64,000 bases of DNA. It comes from an uncultured Anaerolineales bacterium (GTDB lineage Bacteria > Chloroflexota > Anaerolineae > Anaerolineales > UBA11858). A model generated the notes under the pieces. The model saw only the letters and a list, made by a program, of their open reading frames with translations. It had not been told where the DNA came from and did no database searches. Shown in pieces: positions 1-9,045 of the stretch (position 1 is its first letter; every line of letters starts with the position of its first letter). The stretch spans positions 33,540 through 97,539 of the forward strand of contig CAZRUS010000006.1 of NCBI GenBank assembly GCA_964603385.1. Direction: 5' to 3'. Both the position numbers and the translations under genes were made by a program.

Positions 1-1
1 T

Positions 2-664
2 CAAGCCGCGGTCAACCGTGACCTGACTGAGGAGGATCGGCAGATTGTACTCCAAGATATGATCTATCAAACCCTGCTTGCCCAGGGAGCGGCAGCGGAG
101 GGATTTCAAATTTCAGAGGAAGAGCTGGATCAGCGTCTTTCCACCCTGGAAACAGGAAGCCTCTCGCTGCAGGATTGGCTGGCCGACAATGGGTACACCG
201 AGGAAAGCTTCCGGGCCAATCTCAAGCGCTCCCTGGAAGCAGCCTGGATGCGGGATCAAATCCTGGCAGAGGTGCCTACCAAAGCCGAGCAAATTCGCGC
301 CCAGCAGATTCTTTTCTATGAGCGGAATCTGGCTGAATCGGTGGATGACACCCTCCGCAGCGGCGCGAATTTTGACCAGCTGGCTGCTCAATATGATCCG
401 CAAACTCGGGGAGATTTAGGCTGGTTCCCGCGAGGATATTTAACCCTCCCAGCGCTGGACGAGATTCTGTTTGCACTGGAAGGCGGGGACATCACTGAGA
501 TTATTGAGACAGAAATCGGGTATCATATCATCAAAGTCATTGAAAAAGATCCGGACCGCCTGCTTGATCCAGCCGTTCGGCTGGTATTGCAGGAACAAGC
601 CCTGCAGGATTGGCTTGATCGGCGCTGGAAGCTTAGTACAATACAGATCACGCTGCCTCAGTAA
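2..664 (+). CDS. PpiC/parvulin-type peptidyl-prolyl isomerase (PrsA/SurA-like), 5' end outside window
   Basis: The frame is open from nt 2, with no stop before the listed ATG at 59, so the N-terminus lies upstream of the window. Parvulin-like C-terminus GDLGWFPRGYL...GGDITEIIETEIGYHIIKV. TAA stop. Confidence 0.75.
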   Translation, partial: QAAVNRDLTEEDRQIVLQDMIYQTLLAQGAAAEGFQISEEELDQRLSTLETGSLSLQDWLADNGYTEESFRANLKRSLEAAWMRDQILAEVPTKAEQIRAQQILFYERNLAESVDDTLRSGANFDQLAAQYDPQTRGDLGWFPRGYLTLPALDEILFALEGGDITEIIETEIGYHIIKVIEKDPDRLLDPAVRLVLQEQALQDWLDRRWKLSTIQITLPQ

Positions 665-685
665 ACCGTACCCAGGAGAATCGGT

Positions 686-1480
686 ATGGCAAACGAATTT
701 GAAGAATATGCAGACCTGGAAGATTTCGAGGATTTTGAAGAGTTTCCGAAAGATGCTCCCCCAATGGACCCCAGAAGGCCCCCGCGGCCCGGCCTGGTGC
801 TGAATGTGCTCTCAGGATGCCTGGTTGCAGCCACCCTGTTGGTTGCCCTGATTTTTGCGGTCATCTTCCTCTATCCCCAGTCAATGATCAATCCGCTTCC
901 GCCCACCACGCTGCCCGCTCTGGTGCTTACCAGCACCCCTACCCCCACAGCCAAAGGGATTCTCCCTCCCACCTGGACGCCAACCATGGTTCCCAGCAGC
1001 ACCGCCACCGAAACGCCGACGCCCACCAATACGCCTCAGCCAACAGCCACAGAGACCGTGGGACCGGAAGCCCTGCCAACCACTGAGCTGGATGAAAATG
1101 CCTCCTTTATCATCCAGGAGGGCTACCCGCAGTATTCCGAGAACGACATCCAGCCTGATGCCGGCTGCAGCTGGATGGGTGTGGTCGGGCAGGTTCTTGA
1201 CGACAGCGGTGAGCCGGTAAACGGCATCCTCGTCGAAACGGGTGGCTTTCTCGGTGAGACAGAAGTGCAGAACCTGACCATGTCCGGAATGACAAACACG
1301 GTTGGAGAGGGTGGTTTTGCCATTAAACTCAGCGATTCCCCCCAGTTTTCAGAAGGCCAGATCTGGATTCAGCTGGTTGACCAGTCCAATTTACCGCTGT
1401 CCGATCAGATTTATTTCGACACCTCGGATGCCTGTGAGGAAAATCAGATCCGGATCAATTTCATCCAGCGGGCTGAATAA
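686..1480 (+). CDS. hypothetical single-pass membrane protein with Thr/Pro-rich linker
   Basis: 264-aa ORF with an AGGAGA RBS upstream. Acidic N-terminus (EFEEYADLEDFEDFEEF), one hydrophobic helix (LVAATLLVALIFAVIFLY), a T/P-rich linker, and a C-terminal domain with no motif I recognise. Confidence 0.6.
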   Translation: MANEFEEYADLEDFEDFEEFPKDAPPMDPRRPPRPGLVLNVLSGCLVAATLLVALIFAVIFLYPQSMINPLPPTTLPALVLTSTPTPTAKGILPPTWTPTMVPSSTATETPTPTNTPQPTATETVGPEALPTTELDENASFIIQEGYPQYSENDIQPDAGCSWMGVVGQVLDDSGEPVNGILVETGGFLGETEVQNLTMSGMTNTVGEGGFAIKLSDSPQFSEGQIWIQLVDQSNLPLSDQIYFDTSDACEENQIRINFIQRAE

Positions 1481-1504
1481 CCCCCTGAGGACCCTAATCA
1501 GAAA

Positions 1505-1535
1505 CAAGCCAGGCCAGGATACCAGGCCTGGCTTG
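1505..1535. terminator. bidirectional intrinsic terminator hairpin between convergent genes
   Basis: Perfect 11-bp GC-rich stem: caagccaggcc (1505-1515) pairs with ggcctggcttg (1525-1535), with a 9-nt loop. T/A-rich flanks on both sides. Lies between the stops at 1480 (+) and 1538 (-). Confidence 0.6.
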
Positions 1536-1537
1536 AT

Positions 1538-2146
1538 TTATTCCAGCAAACGCTGCCGGTGACTGTCAAGCCGCTGGAGAGCCTGTTCGATCAGCTCCCG
1601 GTTTGCTTCGCTCTGATGCCAGCGGCTGGCACCGGATGAATGGGGCAGCGGTACAATCCAGCGCCCGTCCTTCTGGATCTCCCGACCGATGATTTCAGTC
1701 AGTTTCAATTTCCGGGGGAAGAAGAGATTGATTGCCAGTCTCCCGATGGGAATGATCACCCGGGGGTCAACAAAGTGGATTTCCTGTTCCAGATAGGGAC
1801 GGCAGAGCTTCTGCTCCGCTCGGGTGGGAACCCGATCACCGCTTCCAGAAGTTTGTCTTCCCGGATAGCATTTGGTCACAGAAGTCATATACTGGGTTTC
1901 CCGGAACCAATTTTCCTCAATCCCGGCATCCGCCAGCCAGCCAAAAAGTCGGGTTCCGCTGCCGGCATTAAAGGGGCGACCCACCTCCATTTCGGTGATC
2001 CCCGGCGCCTGCCCAATGGTCATAAAAACTGCCGATTGCTGTCCAGAAAAAACAGCCGGGGGGTAGATCTCATAGCCCTGCTCAAGGCACAGGCGGCATT
2101 GTTTCATCGCCCGGTGGACTTCCTCCAGCGATTGGTATTCTTGCAT
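1538..2146 (-). CDS. uracil-DNA glycosylase superfamily protein (family 4/5-like)
   Basis: 202 aa. Contains GQAPG (motif A-like) and LPHSSGASRW (motif B-like HxS) spaced as in the UDG family. Confidence 0.65.
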   Translation of the reverse strand: MQEYQSLEEVHRAMKQCRLCLEQGYEIYPPAVFSGQQSAVFMTIGQAPGITEMEVGRPFNAGSGTRLFGWLADAGIEENWFRETQYMTSVTKCYPGRQTSGSGDRVPTRAEQKLCRPYLEQEIHFVDPRVIIPIGRLAINLFFPRKLKLTEIIGREIQKDGRWIVPLPHSSGASRWHQSEANRELIEQALQRLDSHRQRLLE

Positions 2147-2181
2147 GATGGGGATTCCTTCGTCTCTGAACTCTGAGGCCG

Positions 2182-3030
2182 CTATTCTGCTTCCCCGCTG
2201 AATGCCATCCAGGCGTCCTTGATGATCAAGGCATCCTCTTCCAGGGTGGGACTTTCACACAGCAGTCGACCTTCAACCCGAAATTCCTTAAGAGCTTTGA
2301 ACAGGGCTTCAAGCTCGAAATCTGACTCTTCCATGATCAGATGGTTTTGCTCCCCTTTTTCAGTGTATTCAATTCCGGAGATATGACAGTGCAGATGGGT
2401 GAGGCTGTCCTCTCCCAGCCGGCTGGCGTAGGTTTCCAGCATCTGCATCCATTCCTGATAGCTATTCATCGACCCATCCCCGGGGCGAGCGTGCAGATGG
2501 GCGAAATCCAGGCAGGGCTCCACACCCTCAATCTTGCTCATCTCCAGGGTGTCCTCCAGGCTTCCCAGCATGGCGCCTTTGCCCATGGTTTCCGGGCGAA
2601 GGACCACAGTGTTCCCTTCCTTCTGGAGTTCTTCCACACAGCCAGCCAGACGCGGCATGACGGTTTTCAGCACATCGCTCGGGTCCTGTTCAAAATAAGA
2701 TCCGGGATGAAAGACGATATCAGTGGCCCCGGAGAGGAAACCAGCTCTGGCTGCATCCATCAACCGCTTCCGGGATTTCGGCCATTCCTGATCATCGCCG
2801 TTTAGATTGATGTAATAAGGGGCGTGCACACTGAGAGCAACATCTGATTTTTCCCCCGCTTTCTTGATCGCCTGTGCAGTGGAATCTGAAACTCGCACCG
2901 AACGAACCCAGCCCAGTTCCATAGCATTCAAACCAATCTCTGCCGTGTAAAGCACACCGCCGACACTCCCTCCCGGGCTGGAGGGTTTGTTCTTTGGGGT
3001 TCCAACAGTGCCAAATCGAAATGACAGCAT
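2182..3030 (-). CDS. endonuclease IV-like TIM-barrel protein (AP endonuclease family 2)
   Basis: 282 aa. The pattern HAPYYINL...FHPGSY...RPETMGKG...DFAHLHA...HCHISG...CESP resembles the metal-ligand pattern of Endo IV/xylose-isomerase-like barrels. TAG stop at 2182-2184. Confidence 0.55.
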   Translation of the reverse strand: MLSFRFGTVGTPKNKPSSPGGSVGGVLYTAEIGLNAMELGWVRSVRVSDSTAQAIKKAGEKSDVALSVHAPYYINLNGDDQEWPKSRKRLMDAARAGFLSGATDIVFHPGSYFEQDPSDVLKTVMPRLAGCVEELQKEGNTVVLRPETMGKGAMLGSLEDTLEMSKIEGVEPCLDFAHLHARPGDGSMNSYQEWMQMLETYASRLGEDSLTHLHCHISGIEYTEKGEQNHLIMEESDFELEALFKALKEFRVEGRLLCESPTLEEDALIIKDAWMAFSGEAE

Positions 3031-3055
3031 ACAGCATCTCCTTCAACAAGAATCC

Positions 3056-3457
3056 TTAACGGCTAAAAAATCCGGCTGCCGATTGCACCGTTCTCCACAG
3101 CGGCGGACCGAAAATCAGCAGTCCAATAAAGACCGATATCACAGCGGCTACCAGCACACCGGCCGCACTGACATCTTTACAAATTTTTGCTGCCGGATGA
3201 ATCTCGGGGCTGAGCTGGTCTACCAGCACCTCAAGCGCTGTGTTAAATGCCTCGGCAGCCCAGACCAAACCGATTGTAATCGTCAGCACCAGCCATTCCT
3301 GACGGCTGAGTCTGAAACCCACCCCGCCCAGGATTACCAGGGCAGCAATCACCAGGTGAGCACGAGCATTCTGCTGGGTTTGGAGAACATAAAGGATGCC
3401 TTCCGAGGCATGGCGGATCGATCGGGGGATTTTTCTCCAAAAAACCTGATCGCTCAA
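3056..3457 (-). CDS. dgkA: diacylglycerol/undecaprenol kinase (DgkA family)
   Basis: EAFNTALEVLVD and KDVSAAGVLVAAV align with E. coli DgkA EILNSAIEAVVD and KDMGSAAVLIAII (from memory). The listed ORF extends to 3523 but would then overlap ybeY by 64 nt. An in-frame TTG at 3457 directly after the ybeY stop is the more likely start. Confidence 0.65.
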   Translation of the reverse strand: MSDQVFWRKIPRSIRHASEGILYVLQTQQNARAHLVIAALVILGGVGFRLSRQEWLVLTITIGLVWAAEAFNTALEVLVDQLSPEIHPAAKICKDVSAAGVLVAAVISVFIGLLIFGPPLWRTVQSAAGFFSR

Positions 3458-3459
3458 AT

Positions 3460-3915
3460 TTAGTCTTCCTCCACAGAGAGATCCAGATTCAGCGCTTTCA
3501 GGACCTGATCCTGACGCCCCCACATGGCAGCTTTTTCTTCCGGCTCGAGGTGGTCATATCCCAACAGATGCAGCACCCCGTGAACTGTCAGCAGCTGCAG
3601 CTCGTCCTCGACCTGATGACTGCCAATCGCTGCTTGAGATGCTGCCTGCGGATAAGAGATCACCACGTCACCCAAATAAGGGGCATTGGTATCCGGATCA
3701 TGAAAATCCGCGGGGAAAGCCAGCACATCGGTCGTCTGGTCAACCTGGCGGAACCGACTGTTCAGCTCTTTCATACGGTGGTCATCCGTTACCACAATGG
3801 TCAGGGAAGAGGAGGGATCTGCCCGGCAAACCTGGAGGGTTGCCCGAGCAGCCCTGCGGAGCAGGTCTTCAGAACCCTGGCCCGAAAACTGCCGGCCAAC
3901 ATCGAGGTGAATCAC
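3460..3915 (-). CDS. ybeY: rRNA maturation endoribonuclease YbeY
   Basis: 151 aa with the HGVLHLLGYDH zinc motif. Conserved position next to the 7TM-HD gene and dgkA. 4-nt overlap with the upstream gene. Confidence 0.9.
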   Translation of the reverse strand: MIHLDVGRQFSGQGSEDLLRRAARATLQVCRADPSSSLTIVVTDDHRMKELNSRFRQVDQTTDVLAFPADFHDPDTNAPYLGDVVISYPQAASQAAIGSHQVEDELQLLTVHGVLHLLGYDHLEPEEKAAMWGRQDQVLKALNLDLSVEED

Positions 3916-6059
3916 CTCTGCTCCTGAAGATCAGTCCGTTTTTCCACCACAGTGACATCATCCGCCGCCGGGATGGTCTCCCGGGATTCCTCTGTGTCTT
4001 CCTCCGGGTATTCCATCCGGGCATGATAGGTACCTTTCAGGGTGGCAGTGAAAGAATCTACAACAGTTTTCAAATCCTTCAAGGTCAATTCGGTGTTGTC
4101 CAGCTGTCCGGAATCCACCCGACTCTTGACCATCTCTCTGATCAGGGAGCGGAGTTCTTCATCATCATCCGGGGCCTGGGAGCGCACATACGCTTCACAG
4201 CCGTCTGCCAGCATGACCAGCGCAGTCTCCACAGATTGGGGTTTGGGGCCAGGATAGCGGTATTGATCGATATCCACCTTGCTTTCGTCCCCGCCAGCCG
4301 CCTCAACAGCCTGGGAGTATTGGTAGCGAGCCACCAGAGTGCCGTGGTGCTCGGGAATAAAGTTCCGGATCCGACGGGGAAGACGGTACTTGCGGGCCAG
4401 CTCCAGTCCGTAGTTGACATGATCAATAATCACAGAAGCGCTTTCCTCTGGATCCATTTCTTCATGGGTGTCAATCCGGGTGGTACCCTGATTTTCGATG
4501 AAGAAGGCCGGTTCGTTCATCTTCCCGATATCGTGATAAAGTGCCCCGACCTGGGCCAGCAGACTGTTGGCTTGAATGCGTTCGGCTGCCTGTTCAGCCA
4601 GGTTGGCCACCTGCAGGGTGTGCTGGTACGTTCCGGGCACCTCCCGGAGAAAACGCTGCAGCAGGGGATGATCGGGTCGGGAAAGCTCGACCAGCTGCAG
4701 TGTGGTGGTTAAATCCAGCAGCGGGGCGAGAATGTACTCCAGCAGCACGGTCAAACCGGCGGAAGCCACCCCGTGGAAGACTGATGCCCCCACCAGCGTG
4801 GCCAGGCCGACCAGGTCAGTGGCCGGATCAATGATTCGATAGGCAACCAGGATCACCGCCCCGGTGACCGCGATAATACCGCTAACAGAGACATAGGCGG
4901 AGAGACGCTGGGGACGGCGCAGGATGAGCAGGCCCATCATACCGCTGATGCTGTAATAGAGAGTCAGATCCAGGGCGTTGGGCATCCCGTAAGCAGCCAG
5001 AATGGCCAGGGGAACCGTGGTAAACAGGGCGGTTCGCCGATCAATCAAAGCCGCTACAATCAGCGGATAAGTAGCCATCGGGAACAAATAAGGGATGACC
5101 AGGTTCCCCGGATTGACATACCGGGCGCTTCCCAAAAATAGCAGGAAAAACACGAAGAACAACACCAGCTGTCTGGTCTTTTTTAACATCGCCGGATAGG
5201 CTTTGAAATAAAGCAATATGAACACTGCCGACAATGAGACCACAGCCAACGAGCCGGCTTTCTCCTGCCAGCCGGCGAAACTGGTCATCAGCCCTACTTC
5301 TTGAAGCGCTTCAATATCCTCCGCTTGGACGATTTCTCCGCGGCGGATTATCGTTTCCCCGGCAGCTATGCTTCTGGTGACCGGTGCCACGGTTTCCCGT
5401 GCCTCCTGCTGGGCTTCCCTGGTCTGTTCTTCACTGTAGAAGCTGTTGGGAGCGACGAAAGCAGAAGCCAGCTCAACGACCAGAGACACTTGATCCTCTG
5501 AGAGCGCCAGGCTGACCAGCGATGGCAGACGCTGGCGGGCTTCCTCCATATCCACTTCCCGTATGGTTGACCTCATCACCTGCTCAAGGATAACCACAGC
5601 TTCCTGTTTTACAGTTTGCCAGCGGACCTCGCTCAACTCTAAAATCTGGGAGGCGGTGTCCTGCGGTAGATAGATGCCCTCCAGCGCTGCCAGATCATTG
5701 AGCTTTTCTTCTCTGGTGGCAAACTGGTCATTTCTCACCACATCAATGAACTGCAGGGCATCCTGAAGTCGGTTCAGCTGCCGGCGGGCGATTCCCGGAT
5801 CCGGACTGCTGTACACGGGTTCTACCTGTTCAGCAGCCTGCTGTTGCTTCTGTTCTGTCAGCACCTCACTCTGATAGGTAACAGCGTAAGGCGCCATGAT
5901 GTCCTGCGTCGCCACGCTGCCCTCCTCGACCGAAACAGTGGATAGGGCACCGGTCAGCGACCAGTTGATAAGCCACCATATGCCGGCCATGGAAGCGATC
6001 AGGACGACGGTGACGATGATGAAACGGATTAAAGAAGGTCTTTGCTGCTCTGTACTCAT
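3912..6059 (-). CDS. 7TM-receptor/HD-domain phosphohydrolase (YqfF/PgpH-like)
   Basis: 715 aa with an N-terminal extracellular region, a polytopic membrane block and a C-terminal HD domain (HDIGK, EHHGT). Confidence 0.8.
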   Translation of the reverse strand: MSTEQQRPSLIRFIIVTVVLIASMAGIWWLINWSLTGALSTVSVEEGSVATQDIMAPYAVTYQSEVLTEQKQQQAAEQVEPVYSSPDPGIARRQLNRLQDALQFIDVVRNDQFATREEKLNDLAALEGIYLPQDTASQILELSEVRWQTVKQEAVVILEQVMRSTIREVDMEEARQRLPSLVSLALSEDQVSLVVELASAFVAPNSFYSEEQTREAQQEARETVAPVTRSIAAGETIIRRGEIVQAEDIEALQEVGLMTSFAGWQEKAGSLAVVSLSAVFILLYFKAYPAMLKKTRQLVLFFVFFLLFLGSARYVNPGNLVIPYLFPMATYPLIVAALIDRRTALFTTVPLAILAAYGMPNALDLTLYYSISGMMGLLILRRPQRLSAYVSVSGIIAVTGAVILVAYRIIDPATDLVGLATLVGASVFHGVASAGLTVLLEYILAPLLDLTTTLQLVELSRPDHPLLQRFLREVPGTYQHTLQVANLAEQAAERIQANSLLAQVGALYHDIGKMNEPAFFIENQGTTRIDTHEEMDPEESASVIIDHVNYGLELARKYRLPRRIRNFIPEHHGTLVARYQYSQAVEAAGGDESKVDIDQYRYPGPKPQSVETALVMLADGCEAYVRSQAPDDDEELRSLIREMVKSRVDSGQLDNTELTLKDLKTVVDSFTATLKGTYHARMEYPEEDTEESRETIPAADDVTVVEKRTDLQEQR

Positions 6060-6095
6060 GACTTGCCCTTTAAGTGATCAGGCCGGACGGACAGC

Positions 6096-6554
6096 TCAAT
6101 CGCCCTGAAGCTCCTCGCGCACCATCTGGTTGGCTTCTTTGCCGTCCGCTCTGCCGCGAATTCTGGGCATCAGCGCCCCCATCACTTTGCCCATATCGGA
6201 CATGGAAGCAGCCTGCACCTCGGCAATTGTCTCCTTGACAACCTGGCGGAGTTCTTCCTTCGTGAGCTGTTCCGGCAGGAATTCATTCAGGATATCGATT
6301 TCCCTCTCAGCTTTGTCAATCAAATCCTCTCTGCCGGCCTGCTCCGCCCCTTCTATGGTCTCCTGGCGGGCTTTGACTTCCTTTTCAAGGATTCTTAACA
6401 TTTCCGAGTCTTCCAGCGGGCCCTGCTTTTCGATCTCAGCGTTCTTGATTTCCGCCAGGGCCATCCGCAGCGTGGTTTTTCGCTGTGCTTGGCCCTTTTT
6501 CATAGCTTCTTTTAGTGATTGCTGCAGTTTTTCTTTTAGATTCATAGCTACCAT
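6096..6554 (-). CDS. GatB/YqeY domain protein
   Basis: 152 aa, Lys/Glu-rich helical protein. LKEAMKKGQ...LRMALAEIKNAEIE is typical of the YqeY family. Confidence 0.75.
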   Translation of the reverse strand: MVAMNLKEKLQQSLKEAMKKGQAQRKTTLRMALAEIKNAEIEKQGPLEDSEMLRILEKEVKARQETIEGAEQAGREDLIDKAEREIDILNEFLPEQLTKEELRQVVKETIAEVQAASMSDMGKVMGALMPRIRGRADGKEANQMVREELQGD

Positions 6555-6572
6555 TATACCCTTTCCTGGTTC

Positions 6573-6917
6573 TCAGCCCATAGGGTGCTTCATTTTCCCA
6601 CCCCCCAGCAGGTGCATATGAAGGTGGAAGACTTCCTGCCCTCCATCCGGTCCTGTGTTGATAATCAGCCGGTAACCGGAGGCCTGGATCCCCTTCTCAG
6701 CGGCCATCTGTTTTGCCGTAGTGATCAGATGACCGAGCAGAAGCCGCTGCTCTTCTTTCACCTCATTCACCGAAGCGATGTGCTCATTGGGTACGATCAG
6801 GAGATGCACCGGCGCGGCCGGATTGATATCCTTAAACACGGTCACCAGGTCATCTTGGTACACGGTCTCGCTGGAAATCTCCCCTGAGACAATCTTACAG
6901 AATAAACAATCAGCCAT
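6573..6917 (-). CDS. HIT-family nucleotide hydrolase (HinT-like)
   Basis: HLHMHLLGG histidine triad. The ATG at 6917 (MADCLFCKI) is preceded by an AGGAGGGG RBS; the listed ORF start at 6950 is probably an over-extension. Confidence 0.85.
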   Translation of the reverse strand: MADCLFCKIVSGEISSETVYQDDLVTVFKDINPAAPVHLLIVPNEHIASVNEVKEEQRLLLGHLITTAKQMAAEKGIQASGYRLIINTGPDGGQEVFHLHMHLLGGGKMKHPMG

Positions 6918-6962
6918 GCTGCCCCTCCTATCCCATATTTTGTTCAGCAAACAACAAACTCA

Positions 6963-8261
6963 TTATATCTGAGAGGAAGTGATTTCCCCGATCAACCCTC
7001 TTGAGCTCAGTCTGACCATCCTGGCCGGGGTGATCGTATTCCAGACCGCTGCCGGCGCGTGTGTCTCCACCCTCAGGTAGTTGTTCGTCAGACCGCGGAC
7101 CAGAGGGTCAGCTGCGGACTCCGCTTCATGCTCGGACCTGACATCCTCCCAGAGCACCATCAGCTGCTGCCCCAGGAACTGATTTCGATACGCCTCGGCG
7201 GACTGTGCCAGGACTTTGCGCATCCGGGCGTTGCGTTGTTTTCTCACCGGATGGGGGATCTGCTGGTCCAGCGCAGCCGCCCGGGTGCCATCCCGGGCTG
7301 AGTAAGTGAACACATGTCCATCTGCAAACCTCATCTCCCGGACAAAAGCCAGGCTGTCTGCAAACTCCTCCTCTGTCTCTCCGGGAAATCCGGTCATGAT
7401 ATCGGTGGTCACCGCGGCTTCCGGAATCTCTCTGCGGATCATCTTGACAATCCGGGCGTAGCGGGTAGGGGTGATTGCCCGGGACATCCTGCCCAGGGTG
7501 GAAGCGGATCCTGACTGCAGGGGTAGATGGAAATGCCGGGCGACCCGCTCTGAGGCAATCGCGGACACCAATCCTGGGGTAATATCCCAGGGCTCAATTG
7601 ATGACAGCCGCAGCCGGGGTAGAGACGTCCCCTTGAGAATTTCTGCCACCAGATCCGACAGCTCGGGCTTGCCGGGCAAATCCCTTCCCCAGGAACCCAG
7701 CTGAACACCGGTCAATACCGCCTCCTTAACGCCGCTCTCTACCGCCTGGTTGATGCGTCTCAGCACCCCCCTGGTGGGAACGCTGCTGGCTGGACCGCGA
7801 GCAATCGTGGTGATGCAAAAGGCACACTGATGGCTGCAGCCGTCCTGGGTCTTGATAAAGGCCCGGGTTCGATTGCGAGAGCCAGGGATGCGCTGGCGCC
7901 CAATCTCATCATCCTCAAGCTCCTCCGGCGGCATGGACAGCAGCTGGGAAACCAAAAAATTTTTATCCCCGTTGGATATTACCCGGGTAACACCGGGTAG
8001 GGAAGCCGCTTTCTCTGGCGCTAAGGTAGCCCAGCAGCCGGTAACGACAATCTCATCCACCCCGGACCGTGCCAAACGGCGGATGGTTTTTCTGGAATCT
8101 GCTGCAGCAGAGACGGTAACTGTACAGGTGTTGACTAACCCCAGGTCAGCTTGAGAGGGATCAGCTGTCAGGGTATGTCCAGCAGAAGCAAACTGGCGGG
8201 CCATCTCCTCCAGCTCGCTCTGATTTAACCGGCAGCCTACCATATCCAAATAAACTTTCAT
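6963..8261 (-). CDS. mtaB: radical-SAM tRNA methylthiotransferase, MtaB-like
   Basis: UPF0004 N-domain (VGCRLNQSE...NTCTVT), radical-SAM CSHQCAFC, HLPLQSGS and GFPGETEEEF motifs. The pattern matches B. subtilis YqeV/MtaB as I recall it. Confidence 0.7.
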   Translation of the reverse strand: MKVYLDMVGCRLNQSELEEMARQFASAGHTLTADPSQADLGLVNTCTVTVSAAADSRKTIRRLARSGVDEIVVTGCWATLAPEKAASLPGVTRVISNGDKNFLVSQLLSMPPEELEDDEIGRQRIPGSRNRTRAFIKTQDGCSHQCAFCITTIARGPASSVPTRGVLRRINQAVESGVKEAVLTGVQLGSWGRDLPGKPELSDLVAEILKGTSLPRLRLSSIEPWDITPGLVSAIASERVARHFHLPLQSGSASTLGRMSRAITPTRYARIVKMIRREIPEAAVTTDIMTGFPGETEEEFADSLAFVREMRFADGHVFTYSARDGTRAAALDQQIPHPVRKQRNARMRKVLAQSAEAYRNQFLGQQLMVLWEDVRSEHEAESAADPLVRGLTNNYLRVETHAPAAVWNTITPARMVRLSSRGLIGEITSSQI

Positions 8262-8298
8262 AGACTGTGATGCTCAAAGGGCTCAGCCCGGCCACCGG

Positions 8299-8961
8299 TC
8301 AGGGAACCGTAACCAGGAAACTATCAAAGACAATATCGACCCCGGGTTCATCAAAGGACCCCACTATTAATCCTACATCCCCATCCTGGAATGCGGCATC
8401 TTCCGCTTCTGCAATTGGAACATTATTTACGATCAAAGCCAGTCGGGTTCCCTTGCATTCCACCCGCAGGCGGTTAATCTGTTCACCAGTAAGAATAGCC
8501 TCCGAATAGTACATCTGCGGGGGTTCAAGCAGGGCTTGTTTGCCGTTCTCCACCTTTCCCAGGCCATAATATCCATCGCTGCTGATAATAAAAAAATAAA
8601 AATTTTTCACATCCTGGTAGCGGCAGAGAACGCCAAAATTGTTATCATCCGGTCCACCGATCTTTTCGGCTTCCACTTCCACCACTACATCGGTAAAATC
8701 CAGGCCTGGATTGGACCAGTAATCCGCATTGCTTTCATCCACCACAATGCGATAGCGCCCCTGGTCATAATCGGTCATTCCGGAGTCAGTCCGCACTCGA
8801 TCCCAGCCGCTGCTGGGATTCTCAAACCCATCCTGAAAAAGCAGAGCGCCGCTTTCCTCCGGGTAAGCGCCGAAAAATGAGGAAACCTGGGACAGGCTGC
8901 AGGCGGCAGAGAACACCACAGCCAGACAAAACAGGACAGTTAAGGCGGGTTTCCGGATCAT
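8299..8961 (-). CDS. hypothetical lipoprotein (beta-sandwich/lectin-like domain suspected)
   Basis: Signal peptide with a lipobox-like sequence (VFSAAC), 220 aa. Domain assignment is uncertain. Confidence 0.5.
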   Translation of the reverse strand: MIRKPALTVLFCLAVVFSAACSLSQVSSFFGAYPEESGALLFQDGFENPSSGWDRVRTDSGMTDYDQGRYRIVVDESNADYWSNPGLDFTDVVVEVEAEKIGGPDDNNFGVLCRYQDVKNFYFFIISSDGYYGLGKVENGKQALLEPPQMYYSEAILTGEQINRLRVECKGTRLALIVNNVPIAEAEDAAFQDGDVGLIVGSFDEPGVDIVFDSFLVTVP

Positions 8962-9045
8962 TTCTTCCTTGTCAGTCGATATTTCAGTACGGTTCCCGGG
9001 TGGAGGTGCTGTGGAAATATTCTAGCACAGCTGACTTGAGAACCC